Source of the DNA: a virus
DNA: 64,000 nt
Strand: one strand, 5' to 3'
Virus record (IMG/VR): IMGVR_UViG_3300037467_001303
Location: 40,866-104,865 of that record
This document shows positions 34,192-43,180 of this stretch, piece by piece (within the stretch, counting starts at the first letter, position 1; every line of letters starts with the position of its first letter). The notes under the pieces were generated by a model. It made no database searches. It saw nothing but the letters and a program-made list of their open reading frames with translations, and was not told the DNA's origin. Position numbers and translations under genes: made by a program.

Positions 34192-35345
34192 GCGCCGCCA
34201 TAAACACTGTTACCTTGCGCCAGGGCGATTGCCTGGACTTGATCCGCACACTGGCGGACGCGTCGGTTGACGCGATCGTCACCGATCCACCCTATGAACT
34301 CGGATTCATGGGGAAAAGCTGGGACGCCTCGGGCATCGCCTACAGTGTCGAAATATGGCGCGAGGCGCTGCGCGTGTTGAAACCGGGCGGGCACCTGCTC
34401 GCGTTCTCGGGCTCGCGCACCTATCACCGCATGACCTGCGCGATCGAGGACGCCGGTTTCGAAGTCCGCGATCAGATCATGTGGGTGTACGGGTCGGGTT
34501 TCCCGAAGTCGCTAAATGTTTCAAAAGCATTGGAGGATAAGGCCGTTGAGCAGCTTTTCACCGGGCCGACGACTTCCGCGCTTGACGCCGCGCGCCAATG
34601 GGAAGGCTGGGGGACCGCCTTGAAACCCGCGCACGAGCCGATCTGTGTCGCCCGCAAGCCGCTGGCCGGCACCGTGGCCGCAAACGTCCTTGCGCACGGC
34701 ACCGGGGCGCTCAATATCGACGGTTGCCGGGTGCCGACTGATGACAATGACCCGAATCACCGTCCGGGTGAAACCGAAATCACCACTGGAAGCGCATCAA
34801 TGTTTGGCAATGCCAGTCGGCGTCGTGGGTCTTTGGGTGACGGCCGCTGGCCCGCCAACCTGATCCACGACGGCTCGCCCGAGGTGGTAGCGCTGTTCCC
34901 GGCCCAGGCTGGGGCCGCCGCGCCGGTCCACAAGCGGGGCGCCGACAAGGGCCGCAACGCCTACGGCGCCTTCGCCGGCAACATCGACGAAGACGGCAGC
35001 ACGTTCCACGCCGACAGCGGCAGCGCGGCAAGGTTCTTCTACTGCGCCAAGACCAGCAAGGCCGATCGCGGCGAAGGCAACACGCATCCGACCGTGAAGC
35101 CGACCGACCTGATGGCCTACCTGGTACGGCTGGTGACGCCGCCGGGCGGCGTGGTGCTCGACCCGTTCATGGGCAGCGGCTCGACCGGCAAAGCCTGCGT
35201 CCTCGAAGGCTTTTCCTTCATCGGTTTCGATCTCTCGCCCGAGTACGTGGCGATCGCCAGCGCCCGCATCGAGGCTGTGCACGAACAGGCGCGGGCTTCG
35301 GCCAACGCGCTCCCGCCACAAGCCGACCTGTTTAGCGAGGGTTAA
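34188..35345 (+). CDS. DNA N6-adenine/N4-cytosine methyltransferase (beta class)
   Basis: TDPPY, RVLKPGG, HPTVKP, VLDPFMGSGSTG. Confidence 0.93.
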   Translation: MSAAINTVTLRQGDCLDLIRTLADASVDAIVTDPPYELGFMGKSWDASGIAYSVEIWREALRVLKPGGHLLAFSGSRTYHRMTCAIEDAGFEVRDQIMWVYGSGFPKSLNVSKALEDKAVEQLFTGPTTSALDAARQWEGWGTALKPAHEPICVARKPLAGTVAANVLAHGTGALNIDGCRVPTDDNDPNHRPGETEITTGSASMFGNASRRRGSLGDGRWPANLIHDGSPEVVALFPAQAGAAAPVHKRGADKGRNAYGAFAGNIDEDGSTFHADSGSAARFFYCAKTSKADRGEGNTHPTVKPTDLMAYLVRLVTPPGGVVLDPFMGSGSTGKACVLEGFSFIGFDLSPEYVAIASARIEAVHEQARASANALPPQADLFSEG

Positions 35346-35355
35346 TCAGACAAGA

Positions 35356-35583
35356 ATGAAAACCATCATCCACGTCCACCAGCAAAAGATCCGCGCCAAC
35401 ATCGGCAAGCCGGCCAGCGAGCAGGAGCCGGTGCTGACCGTGAAAACCTACAAGAGCAATACCTACGCGTTCGAGGTCGAGATCCTCGGGCCGTCCCGCC
35501 TCGTCTATTCCCCGGACAAGCCGCTCTCGTGCGGCGCCCGCGTCTGGCTGGAAACCGAGGGCGAGGTCCGGGTGGTGCGCTAG
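35356..35583 (+). CDS. Conserved phage hypothetical protein
   Basis: IHVHQQKIR...LTVK...Y..DKPLSCGARVWLET. Confidence 0.75.
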   Translation: MKTIIHVHQQKIRANIGKPASEQEPVLTVKTYKSNTYAFEVEILGPSRLVYSPDKPLSCGARVWLETEGEVRVVR

Positions 35584-35604
35584 ACGCGCGCCCCCAGCCG
35601 CTTT

Positions 35605-35629
35605 ACCCGCCGCCCGGCGGGTTTTTTTT
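35605..35629 (+). terminator. Intrinsic terminator
   Basis: ACCCGCC-GCCC-GGCGGG followed by T8. Confidence 0.8.
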
Positions 35630-35666
35630 CGCCCGCACCCCGCGGGCGCTGACCCAGGAGTAATCA

Positions 35667-36725
35667 ATGAGCGCTATCCAACCGGACGTGCAAAACGATG
35701 CAGCAGCACCCGCAGCACCCGCAGTCGACGCAATCCCGCAGCGCACCGCGCGCGAAGAGGCCCTGGAGGCCCTGGAAGCGCGCCACCAGGCCGAAATGGC
35801 CAAGGCCAACGGATGGGAACTGCCCACCGAGGACGAACCCGAGCCGGCCGCCGCGCCCGAACCCGCGCCCGACCAGCTGCAGCAGCAAATGAACGACCCG
35901 GCCCCCGAGCCGGAACCGGCCGCCAGCCAGCCGGCCAAGGTGAAGGTCAAGATCGACGGCGAGGAAGCCGAGGTCCCGGTCGACGACCTGGTGCGCCAGT
36001 ACCAGAAGAACGCCACCGCCGACAAGCGACTGGCCGAGGCGACCCGCCTGCTGCGCGAGGCCCAGGAGGCCGAAGCCCAGCGCCTGCTGCGCGAGCAGCA
36101 GCACCAGCAGTACCTGCAGCAGCAGCTCGAACAGCAGCAGCTGCAACAGCAACCCGCAGCCCAGAATCCCGCAGGCGACGACAGCGTCGCCGCCCGCAAG
36201 GAGTTCCTCAAGGCCCTGTTCGAGGGCGACGAGGACAACGCGCTCACCAAGCTCGACGAAATGTTGGCTGGACGGCAGCAGGCCCCCGCGCCCGCGCCCA
36301 TCCTCGATGTCGACCAGATCGCCCAGACGGTGACGCAGCACGTGCAGCAGAAGCTCGTCGTAGAGAGTGTACTGACGCAGAATCGCCGCGACTATCCCGA
36401 GATGTACGCAGACCCCGACATGGAAGCCCTGGCCCTGGCCAAGATCCAGCGCATGCAGTCCGAAGAAGGAACCGATTTCTTCGCCGCGCTCGATACCGTC
36501 AGCAAGCAGATGGCAACCAAATTCGGATGGGGTGCTGCCGTGCCTGAACCGGGCCGCCGCGAAGATCCAGCACCGGCCACGAATCCCCGAGCGCAAAAGC
36601 TGGAAGCAAAGAAGACGATCGACAACGTCGCGTCGATCAACACCAAGACCGCGCCCAACGAGCCGGCGCCCGAGGACGCATCCTCGATCATCGCCGCCAT
36701 GAAGGCGGCACGCGCCGGTGGCTAA
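35667..36725 (+). CDS. Capsid scaffolding protein
   Basis: Acidic, Pro/Gln-rich; KVKIDGEEAEVPVDDLVRQYQK; directly before the capsid gene. Confidence 0.85.
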   Translation: MSAIQPDVQNDAAAPAAPAVDAIPQRTAREEALEALEARHQAEMAKANGWELPTEDEPEPAAAPEPAPDQLQQQMNDPAPEPEPAASQPAKVKVKIDGEEAEVPVDDLVRQYQKNATADKRLAEATRLLREAQEAEAQRLLREQQHQQYLQQQLEQQQLQQQPAAQNPAGDDSVAARKEFLKALFEGDEDNALTKLDEMLAGRQQAPAPAPILDVDQIAQTVTQHVQQKLVVESVLTQNRRDYPEMYADPDMEALALAKIQRMQSEEGTDFFAALDTVSKQMATKFGWGAAVPEPGRREDPAPATNPRAQKLEAKKTIDNVASINTKTAPNEPAPEDASSIIAAMKAARAGG

Positions 36726-36761
36726 AGCGCAATCCATCTTTTACAATCAAGGAGCATCATC

Positions 36762-37706
36762 ATGGCAGGACAAGTCTGGTTGACCAATTCGCTCGGCGGC
36801 TACATGTGGTCGCCGAATCTCTCGAAGGTGCTGCGCATGTCCGTGCAGCCGCTGACCAAGTTCCGCCAGTTCGCGGACATCAAGGACGCGGCCGTGCAGG
36901 GCAAGGGCATCGGCGAGGCCTTCCACTGGAACGTCTACAGCGATGTCGCCACCCAGGGCACCACCCTGGCAGAGGGCACCGCCATGCCGACCACCAACTT
37001 CGTCATCACGCAGGGCACGATGACGGTGACGGAGGCCGGCAACAGCGTTCCCTACACCTCCAAGCTCGACGACCTGTCGGAGCAGCCGGTCAAGGAGATC
37101 ATCGCCAAGGTCCTGAAGAACGACGCCAAGAAAGCGTTCGACATCATGGCCGAAGCGCAGTTCAACCTGACCCCGCTGCGCGTGGTCCCGACCGGCGGCA
37201 CCTCGACCAACTCGGTCACGCTGTCGACCAACGGCACCGCCGCCGCGGCCAACAACGCCGCCCTGGGCAAGGACCACGTCAAGGCGATCGTGGACGTGAT
37301 GAAGGAACGTAACATCCCGCCGTACACCGGCGACGACTACATCTCCCTCGCACACCCGACCACCTTCCGCAAGTTGAAGAACGACCTGGAAGCCGTCCAC
37401 CAGTACGTGGACGCCGGTTTCCAGATGATCCTCAACGGCGAGATCGGCCGCTACGAATCGGTTCGCTTCGTGGAGCAGACCAACATCGCCAAGGCCGCCT
37501 GGGCCTCGGGCGCCTCCAACTGGGCGTACTTCTTCGGTAACGACACCGTCGCCGAAGGCATCGTCATCCCGGAGGAAATGCGCGGCGCGATCCCGAGCGA
37601 CTACGGCCGCTCGCGTGGCATCGCCTGGTACTACCTGGGCGGCTTCGGTCTGATCCACAACCAGCCGAAGAACGCCCGCATCATCAAGTGGGATTCGGCC
37701 TCGTAA
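36762..37706 (+). CDS. Major capsid protein (N4-gp56-like)
   Basis: KFRQFAD, HPTTFRKLKND, GEIGRYESVRFVE, DYGRSRGIAW; strong RBS; terminator after. Confidence 0.9.
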   Translation: MAGQVWLTNSLGGYMWSPNLSKVLRMSVQPLTKFRQFADIKDAAVQGKGIGEAFHWNVYSDVATQGTTLAEGTAMPTTNFVITQGTMTVTEAGNSVPYTSKLDDLSEQPVKEIIAKVLKNDAKKAFDIMAEAQFNLTPLRVVPTGGTSTNSVTLSTNGTAAAANNAALGKDHVKAIVDVMKERNIPPYTGDDYISLAHPTTFRKLKNDLEAVHQYVDAGFQMILNGEIGRYESVRFVEQTNIAKAAWASGASNWAYFFGNDTVAEGIVIPEEMRGAIPSDYGRSRGIAWYYLGGFGLIHNQPKNARIIKWDSAS

Positions 37707-37721
37707 GAGGTCCGGCCCATG

Positions 37722-37760
37722 AACGCCCGTCCCGCCTAGCGTGGGGCGGGCGTTTTTTTT
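37722..37760 (+). terminator. Intrinsic terminator after the capsid gene
   Basis: AACGCCCGTCCCGC...GTGGGGCGGGCG followed by T8. Confidence 0.85.
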
Positions 37761-37783
37761 GATGCGTACCACATGGAGGTCGT

Positions 37784-38035
37784 ATGACCATCGAGAACAG
37801 CGAGCTGAATAAAAGCGGCCCGCTCAAGTCGTCCAACGACGGCCTGACCGGCGGCACCGGCACCGGCAACGATCCGTCCGTGTCCGATCTGGGCAAGGGT
37901 TTCAGCACGGTCGCGGCGCCCGAGAAGGTCCCGCACTGGCTGCCGCAGAACGCCGACGACGGCGAGAACTACGTCGGCGACATCTTCGGCGAGCGCGGTG
38001 GCTTCGCCGGCCGCCCGCGTGGCAGCGAACGTTAA
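37784..38035 (+). CDS. Small Gly-rich virion-region protein
   Basis: GGAGG RBS. Confidence 0.7.
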   Translation: MTIENSELNKSGPLKSSNDGLTGGTGTGNDPSVSDLGKGFSTVAAPEKVPHWLPQNADDGENYVGDIFGERGGFAGRPRGSER

Positions 38036-38051
38036 TCATCAGGAGAACAGC

Positions 38052-38294
38052 ATGTCCGAATCGAACTACAAGCCGGACGGCACCGGCGTCGTCATGGGCG
38101 ACACCCGCGCCGTTCCCGATCGCGGCACCGGCACCGGCATGACCGGCGTCCACACCGACCTGGGCGGCATGAGCATCGCCGTCGACGCCACCAACAGCAT
38201 GGGCGCGGTCGGCGACACCGCCAGCGACCCGATGGACCAGTGCTACGCGCCGGACCCGACCTTCGGCAAGACCGGCCACAGCTTCAAGGAGTAA
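38052..38294 (+). CDS. Small Gly/Thr-rich virion-region protein
   Basis: AGGAG RBS. Confidence 0.7.
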   Translation: MSESNYKPDGTGVVMGDTRAVPDRGTGTGMTGVHTDLGGMSIAVDATNSMGAVGDTASDPMDQCYAPDPTFGKTGHSFKE

Positions 38295-38298
38295 GCAC

Positions 38299-38490
38299 AT
38301 GGCCGAACTCGATCGCAACAAGCCCTACGCGCAGGTCGTGAACGACAGCGAAGGCCGCCACTTCGAGCAGGGCGGCAACTACTTCACCGCCGACGGCAAG
38401 CCCTGGCTTGATGGCACCGCGCCGGCGCCCAGCAAGCCGAAGAAGGGCGCCGCTTCCCAGCTCGACGCCCAGCTGCAGGAGCCGGCTTGA
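38299..38490 (+). CDS. Hypothetical protein
   Basis: AAGGAG RBS; LDRNKPY...FEQGGNYFTADG. Confidence 0.7.
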   Translation: MAELDRNKPYAQVVNDSEGRHFEQGGNYFTADGKPWLDGTAPAPSKPKKGAASQLDAQLQEPA

Positions 38491-40088
38491 GCTGGCGCCC
38501 GGATGACCCGATGGGCGACGAAGCCCGCAAGGTGGTCTGGGACGTAGTGCAGTACCTGCGCGGCACCGTGCTCGATCTCGGGTGCGGTCCGCGCAAGGTC
38601 CTGCCGCACGTGGTCGGCGTCGACAGCTGCGCCGACACCCAGCTTTTCGGCATCCCGATCAAGCCCGACGTAAAGGTCGACGACTGCGCCGACCTGTCCG
38701 ACTTCGAGGACGCCGCCTGTGACGCCGTGTTCTCCTCGCACCTGCTGGAACACATCGTCGACACCGAAAAGGCGCTGGCCGAATGGTGGCGCGTCCTGAA
38801 GCCGGGCGGCTACCTGGTGCTGTACCTGCCGCACCGCGACCTCTACCCCCGCATCGGCACCCCGGGCGCCAACCCCGACCACAAGCACGATTTCGCCCCC
38901 GACGACGTGCTGACCCACATCGCATCCGTGGCGGCCGCCAGCCAGACTGGCGTCGACGTGATCGTCAACCAGACCCGCGACGGCGGCATGGAATACAGTT
39001 TTCTCCTTGTCGTGCAAAAGCTCGAAGGCCTGAACTGGCGCCTGAGCTGCAACGAGCCGAAACCCGTCAAGACCTGCTGTATCTCTCGCTTCGGCGGCTT
39101 CGGCGACATGCTGCAGATGTCGAACATCCTGCCCGAGCTGAAACGCCAGGGCTACCACATCACGGTCAACACCACGCCGGCCGGCCAGAGCATCATCCAG
39201 CACGACCCGCACGTCGACGACTGGCTGATCCTCGACCCCGACCTGGTTCCCAACCACGAGCTGCCGGAATTCTGGGCCGCGCTGGGCCGCCGCTTCGACA
39301 AGTTCGTGCAGCTCTCCGAATCCATCGAGGGCACCCTGCTGGCGATGCCCGGCCGCGCGAACCACATGTGGCCCCAGGCCGTGCGCCAGGTGGTGCTGAA
39401 CAAGAACTACCTCGAATGGACCAGTTTCCTGGCCGAGCTGCCGTACCACTCGGAGGCGCGCTTCTACGCCACCCCCGAGGAAGCCGGCAAGGCGCGCGGT
39501 TTCCTGACCGCGATCCAGACCGCGCGCGCCCCGGACGAACTCCTGATCGGCATGCGCGGCCCGCAGGTGTTTTCCATCATGTGGGCGCTGGCCGGTTCCT
39601 CGGTCCACAAGTTCACCCCGCACATGGACGCCGTCATCGCCCGCGTGCTGCTGGAGATCCCCGAGGCCGTCATCATCTTCACCGGCGACGAGGCCTGCCA
39701 GATCCTGGAGGCCGGCTGGGAGCTGGAACCGCGCGTGTACCGCGAATCCGGCAAGCAGACCATCCGCGAGACGCTGGCGCTGGCGCAGAAGGTGGACCTT
39801 GTCATCGGCCCGGAAACGGGCGTCCTGAACGCCGTCGCGTTCGAGGAAGACGTGGCCAAGATCGTCATGCTCTCGCACAGCAGCGTGGAAAACCTGACCA
39901 AGCACTGGTTCAACACCCAGTCGCTGGCGCCGGCCGGCACCGCCTGCTGGCCGTGCCACATGCTGCACTACGGTTCGGCGCACTGCCACACCGACAAGGC
40001 GACGGGTGCGGCCCAGTGCCAGGTCGACATCACGCCCGGCGAGATCTTCGACGCCATCAAGCGCGCCTACGACGACTGGAAGGAGTGA
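38487..40088 (+). CDS. Class I SAM methyltransferase fused to GT9 (heptosyltransferase-like) glycosyltransferase
   Basis: VLDLGCG, DAVFSSHLLEH, RVLKPGGYL; then RFGGFGDML and DLVIGPETGVLNAVA. TTG start with AGGAG RBS; alternative ATG at 38511. Confidence 0.85.
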   Translation: MSWRPDDPMGDEARKVVWDVVQYLRGTVLDLGCGPRKVLPHVVGVDSCADTQLFGIPIKPDVKVDDCADLSDFEDAACDAVFSSHLLEHIVDTEKALAEWWRVLKPGGYLVLYLPHRDLYPRIGTPGANPDHKHDFAPDDVLTHIASVAAASQTGVDVIVNQTRDGGMEYSFLLVVQKLEGLNWRLSCNEPKPVKTCCISRFGGFGDMLQMSNILPELKRQGYHITVNTTPAGQSIIQHDPHVDDWLILDPDLVPNHELPEFWAALGRRFDKFVQLSESIEGTLLAMPGRANHMWPQAVRQVVLNKNYLEWTSFLAELPYHSEARFYATPEEAGKARGFLTAIQTARAPDELLIGMRGPQVFSIMWALAGSSVHKFTPHMDAVIARVLLEIPEAVIIFTGDEACQILEAGWELEPRVYRESGKQTIRETLALAQKVDLVIGPETGVLNAVAFEEDVAKIVMLSHSSVENLTKHWFNTQSLAPAGTACWPCHMLHYGSAHCHTDKATGAAQCQVDITPGEIFDAIKRAYDDWKE

Positions 40089-40092
40089 CGCC

Positions 40093-40749
40093 ATGACCCT
40101 GCAGGACCTCATCACGCTGTTTCGCAACGAGGCCGACGACGCCACGGAACCGTACCTGTGGAGCGACGAGGAAGTGATCGAGTTCGCCAACGACGCCGAG
40201 AACGAGGCCTGCCGCCGCGCCCGCCTGCTGGTCGATTCGACCAGCGCGCTGACCCAGCTGCTGGTCGACCCGCTCGACGCCGGCGTGATCGCGCTCGACC
40301 CGGCGGTCGTGTTCGTGCGCCGCGCCAGCCTGGCCAACCGCCGCCCGCTGGCGCGCATGACGGTGCGCGACCTGGACGACCAGAATCCGTACTGGCAGGC
40401 CACTTCGCCCGGCACCCCGCGCGCCTTCGTCACCGACTACCAGACCGGCGCGATCCTGCTGTACCCGGCCCCCGCCGAAGACGACATGCTGCTGCTGACC
40501 ATCGTGCGCACCCCGCTGGTCGAAATGGCGAGCCTGGAGGACAGCCCGGAGATCTCCCCGCGCTTTCACCGCTCGCTGCGCTACTGGATGCTGTACCGCG
40601 CGTACAGCAAGCAGGACAGCCAGGCCAACGACCCGAAGAAGGCGGCCGACAGCCTGGCCCTGTTCGAGCAGGAGTTCGGCAAGAAATCGTCCGCCATCGA
40701 CGAGAACTGGATCGCCCACGAACAGCTGAACGACGACGGCACCTACTGA
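40093..40749 (+). CDS. Head-tail adaptor / tail tubular protein A-like
   Basis: YLWSDEEVIEFANDA..EACRR, LLYPAP, PEI..RFH..L.YW.LYRAYSKQD. Confidence 0.75.
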   Translation: MTLQDLITLFRNEADDATEPYLWSDEEVIEFANDAENEACRRARLLVDSTSALTQLLVDPLDAGVIALDPAVVFVRRASLANRRPLARMTVRDLDDQNPYWQATSPGTPRAFVTDYQTGAILLYPAPAEDDMLLLTIVRTPLVEMASLEDSPEISPRFHRSLRYWMLYRAYSKQDSQANDPKKAADSLALFEQEFGKKSSAIDENWIAHEQLNDDGTY

Positions 40750-40801
40750 CCCAGGCCTTCCGTCAAATTTGACAGAAGGCTCCCACCCAAGGAGGAACAC
40801 C

Positions 40802-40903
40802 ATGCAAGCGGTACTACGACCCAAGAAGAACTGTGGCTGCACCCTGGAACAGGCCGTGTTCCTCATCCTGCTCTGGAACGCCTATGTTCGCGCGACTCGC
40901 TAA
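40802..40903 (+). CDS. Small peptide (33 aa)
   Basis: AAGGAGG RBS; MQAVLRPKKNCGCTLEQAVFLILLWNAYVRATR. Confidence 0.55.
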   Translation: MQAVLRPKKNCGCTLEQAVFLILLWNAYVRATR

Positions 40904-41051
40904 GGCCTGGGACCGCACGGTCGACAAGGTCCTGGACTTCGTCTGGGACGTGACGCTGCCGGTGGCGACCCGCTGCCCGGTGTGCGCGTTCTGGCGCGGC
41001 GTGCTGCTGGGCATCCTGTGGACCCTCACCGTCCTCTGGGCCGTCCAGTGA
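40884..41051 (+). CDS. Small membrane protein (55 aa)
   Basis: CPVCAFWRGVLLGILWTLTVLW; GTGA coupling to the next gene. Confidence 0.6.
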   Translation: MFARLAKAWDRTVDKVLDFVWDVTLPVATRCPVCAFWRGVLLGILWTLTVLWAVQ

Positions 41052-42253
41052 AACCCGTCCTCATCACCGGGTTTCGCGGCGTGGTCAACACCGAGGCGCA
41101 CGAGCGCCTGCAGGCGCTGCCCACCCGCGACGACCCGTTCGTCGACCTGGCGGACGCCGTCAACGTCGACATCGACGACAGCGGCCGGATCTCGCGCCGC
41201 GGCGGGCAGAGCCTCCTGATCCCGGGTCCGGCCCACTCGCTCTACTCGGACGGATCGAACTGCCTGTTCGTCCAGGACGGCACCATGTACCGGCTCGACC
41301 GCAGCATGACGCCGACCGCCGTGGCGATGGGCCTGGACGACGTGCCGATCGCCTACGTCACCGTCGGCAACCGCGTCTACCACAGCAACGGACTGACCTC
41401 GGCGGTCTACGAGGACGGCTACGTGCGCAGCTGGGGCATCCCGCTGGCCGCAACCGGCGTGGCGGCCGCCGTCACCACCGGCCAGCTCCCGGCCGGCGTG
41501 TACCTGTGCGCGATGACGCTGCTGCGCGAGGACGGCCAGGAATCCGGCACCGGCCTGCCGGTGCGGATCGACCTGCCGGACAATGCCGGCGTCGTGTTCA
41601 CCTGGGACGTGCCGTCCGACCCGGGCATCGTGCGCGCCGTCCTGTACCTCTCCCAGGCCGACGGCGAGACGCTGTTCAAGGCGGGAGAAGCCGACGTGGT
41701 GGCCGGCACCTATATCTATACCGGCGGCCCGCGCTCGCTGCCGCTGGCCACCCAGTGGCTGGACAAGCCGCCCGCCGGGCGTGCGCTGGCCCTGTACCGG
41801 GGCCGGATCTACATCGCCGTCGGCGAGCACCTGTTCGCCACCACCGCCCTGTCCTACGAACACTGCGACCTGCGCGACTACCGCGCCATCGACGGCAGCG
41901 AGATCCTGCTGCTGGCGCCGGTCGAATCCGGGATCTTCGTCGGCACGGCCAGCGCGATCTGGTTCCTCTCGGGCGCCAGTTTCGCCGACAACGCCCTGGT
42001 CCGAAAGCTGGACGGCCCGCCGATCGCCGGCACCGTCGCCTTTGGCGACATCGGCGACATCCTGGGCAACGACCAGCTGGCCGGCCAGCGCGGCGTGATG
42101 TTCGCCACCCCGCAGGGCATCGTGCTGGGCATGCCGGACGGCACGCTGCTGAACCTGACCGTCGACACCTACACGCTGCCGAAAGCCGGGCAGGGCGCCG
42201 CCCTGCTGCGCACCGGCAAGGCGCACCAGTACCTGCTGACCCTCGACGCCTAG
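41048..42253 (+). CDS. Tail / head-closure protein (tail tubular protein B-like)
   Basis: GFRGVVN...L.DAVNVDIDDSGRI.RR.G start; beta-rich; follows the adaptor. Confidence 0.7.
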   Translation: MKPVLITGFRGVVNTEAHERLQALPTRDDPFVDLADAVNVDIDDSGRISRRGGQSLLIPGPAHSLYSDGSNCLFVQDGTMYRLDRSMTPTAVAMGLDDVPIAYVTVGNRVYHSNGLTSAVYEDGYVRSWGIPLAATGVAAAVTTGQLPAGVYLCAMTLLREDGQESGTGLPVRIDLPDNAGVVFTWDVPSDPGIVRAVLYLSQADGETLFKAGEADVVAGTYIYTGGPRSLPLATQWLDKPPAGRALALYRGRIYIAVGEHLFATTALSYEHCDLRDYRAIDGSEILLLAPVESGIFVGTASAIWFLSGASFADNALVRKLDGPPIAGTVAFGDIGDILGNDQLAGQRGVMFATPQGIVLGMPDGTLLNLTVDTYTLPKAGQGAALLRTGKAHQYLLTLDA

Positions 42254-42334
42254 CACATCCGCGCCACCCGGTTAAGTGCCCGTTTTCGCACGAAAACTGG
42301 CCTTTTCTTCACAGTAATCCCGCTTTCCCCAAGC

Positions 42335-42362
42335 AGCCCCGCCTCCGCGGGGCTTTTTTTTT
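42335..42362 (+). terminator. Intrinsic terminator
   Basis: AGCCCCGC-CTCC-GCGGGGC followed by T9. Confidence 0.85.
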
Positions 42363-42397
42363 GCCCCGCTGACGGGGTTGACCCAAGGAGATTCACC

Positions 42398-43168
42398 ATG
42401 ACGCTGCGCCTCTCGACTGCCGCCCGCGACTACATCAACGGCGCCGGTTCCCTCAAATCGGCCTTCCAGGACGGCCAGATCCAGATCTATTCCGGCGCCC
42501 AGCCGGCCACCGCCGACAGCGCCCCGACCGGCACCCTGCTCGCCACCATCACCGCCATCTCGGTAGCGCGCACCGCCGAAGTGCTGGCCACCGGCACCGT
42601 CACCCTGTCCGGCTCGGCCGGTTCCGTCAACGGCGTCACTGTCGGCGGCGTGTCCATCATGGATGGCAGCGTGCCGTTCAATACCGACCTGAACGCCACC
42701 GCCGCCGCCGTCGCCGCCGCGATCAACGCCACCCGCTCGGTGCCGGACTACACCGCCACCGCCGCCGGCGCCGTCGTCACCATCAGCGCCCCGCGTGGCA
42801 TGGGCGCGGCCGCCAACGGCCTGACCGTGGCCGCCGACACCACCACCCTGTCGGCCACCGTCGCCGCCATGGCCGGCGGCGTCACCGCCGCCAACGGCCT
42901 GAAGTTCGGCACCTCCAGCGGCGGCGTGGTCTCGAAGCTGGACACCCAGGTCTGGTCCGGGGTCGCGGTCGCCAGCGGCACCGCCGGCTGGTTCCGTTTC
43001 ACCGGCAGCGTGGCCGATACCGGCGCGCTGGACACCACGGCCACCCAGATCCGCATGGACGGCGCGATCGCCACCTCGGGCGCGCAGCTGAACATGTCGA
43101 GCACCGCCGTCACCTCGGGCGCCACGCAGACCATCGCGTCGTTCCCGATCACCCTGCCGAGCGCGTAA
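42398..43168 (+). CDS. Virion structural protein (paralogue of 7558-7977 with an inserted domain)
   Basis: IQIYSGAQPATAD...LLATI; GTAGWFRF; RMDGAIATSGA. Confidence 0.8.
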   Translation: MTLRLSTAARDYINGAGSLKSAFQDGQIQIYSGAQPATADSAPTGTLLATITAISVARTAEVLATGTVTLSGSAGSVNGVTVGGVSIMDGSVPFNTDLNATAAAVAAAINATRSVPDYTATAAGAVVTISAPRGMGAAANGLTVAADTTTLSATVAAMAGGVTAANGLKFGTSSGGVVSKLDTQVWSGVAVASGTAGWFRFTGSVADTGALDTTATQIRMDGAIATSGAQLNMSSTAVTSGATQTIASFPITLPSA

Positions 43169-43180
43169 GGGGAGTCCACC

